64,000 bases of DNA, from NCBI GenBank assembly GCA_040876265.1, contig JBBDPN010000002.1, positions 3,954-67,953 of the forward strand, in the 5' to 3' direction. Under the pieces are notes generated by a model that made no database searches, was not told the origin of the DNA, and saw only the letters and a program-made list of their open reading frames with translations. A program made the translations under genes and the position numbers. Origin of the DNA: Candidatus Woykebacteria bacterium. GTDB taxonomy: Bacteria; Patescibacteriota; Microgenomatia; Woykebacterales; RBG-16-39-9b. Of this stretch, positions 63,839 to 64,000 are shown piece by piece (the first letter of the stretch is position 1; the number at the start of each line of letters is the position of its first letter).

Positions 63839-64000
63839 TTATTTAGAGGCGGCTTCGACGAGGTTCATCATGAGTCCGGCCACTATCATCGGGCCTACCC
63901 CACCGGGAACAGGACTGATAGCAGCGGCTACATTTTTAACATTTTCGTAGTCAACATCACCAACTAATTTTTTTGTATTTGGCACTCTATTTGTACCGAC
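63839..64000 (-). CDS. folD: FolD C-terminal fragment (gene continues beyond window)
   Basis: Own translation VGTNR...[39 protein letters not shown]. Confidence 0.9.
   Translation of the reverse strand, partial: VGTNRVPNTKKLVGDVDYENVKNVAAAISPVPGGVGPMIVAGLMMNLVEAASK

Overview
This is a chromosomal window from a small-genome bacterium. The 16S sequence, gene content and repeat types suggest Patescibacteria/CPR, probably Microgenomates (inference, not confirmed by a search). Housekeeping genes are obgE, rho, PIN/TRAM, radA, clpC, rpsA, mnmA, acyP, EndoQ-like nuclease, ATP-dependent DNA ligase, gpsA, clpB and the 3' end of folD. A complete minus-strand rRNA operon (16S-tRNA-Ile-ORFs-tRNA-Ala-23S-5S) and two further tRNA-Ala genes are present, along with many surface-protein genes, two REP-associated tyrosine transposases (RAYT-like) and several GC-richer, SD-led gene blocks that look imported. 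Main observations: (1) an integrase core-binding domain joined through a C9 tract (fused if C8) to a membrane-anchored tail-fibre-like protein, preceded by six copies of an operator-like motif; (2) nested tRNA-Ile fragments around an intact tRNA-Ile in a protein-coding rRNA spacer; (3) several candidate unnamed structured RNAs (21.3-22.3 kb, 43.6-44.1 kb); (4) several short repeat families, some inside rRNA and coding genes, including heptamer arrays around a four-helix-bundle gene; (5) a WxL-like surface operon. No CRISPR array, DGR, retron or rRNA intron was seen. All family names come from motif recognition by eye.
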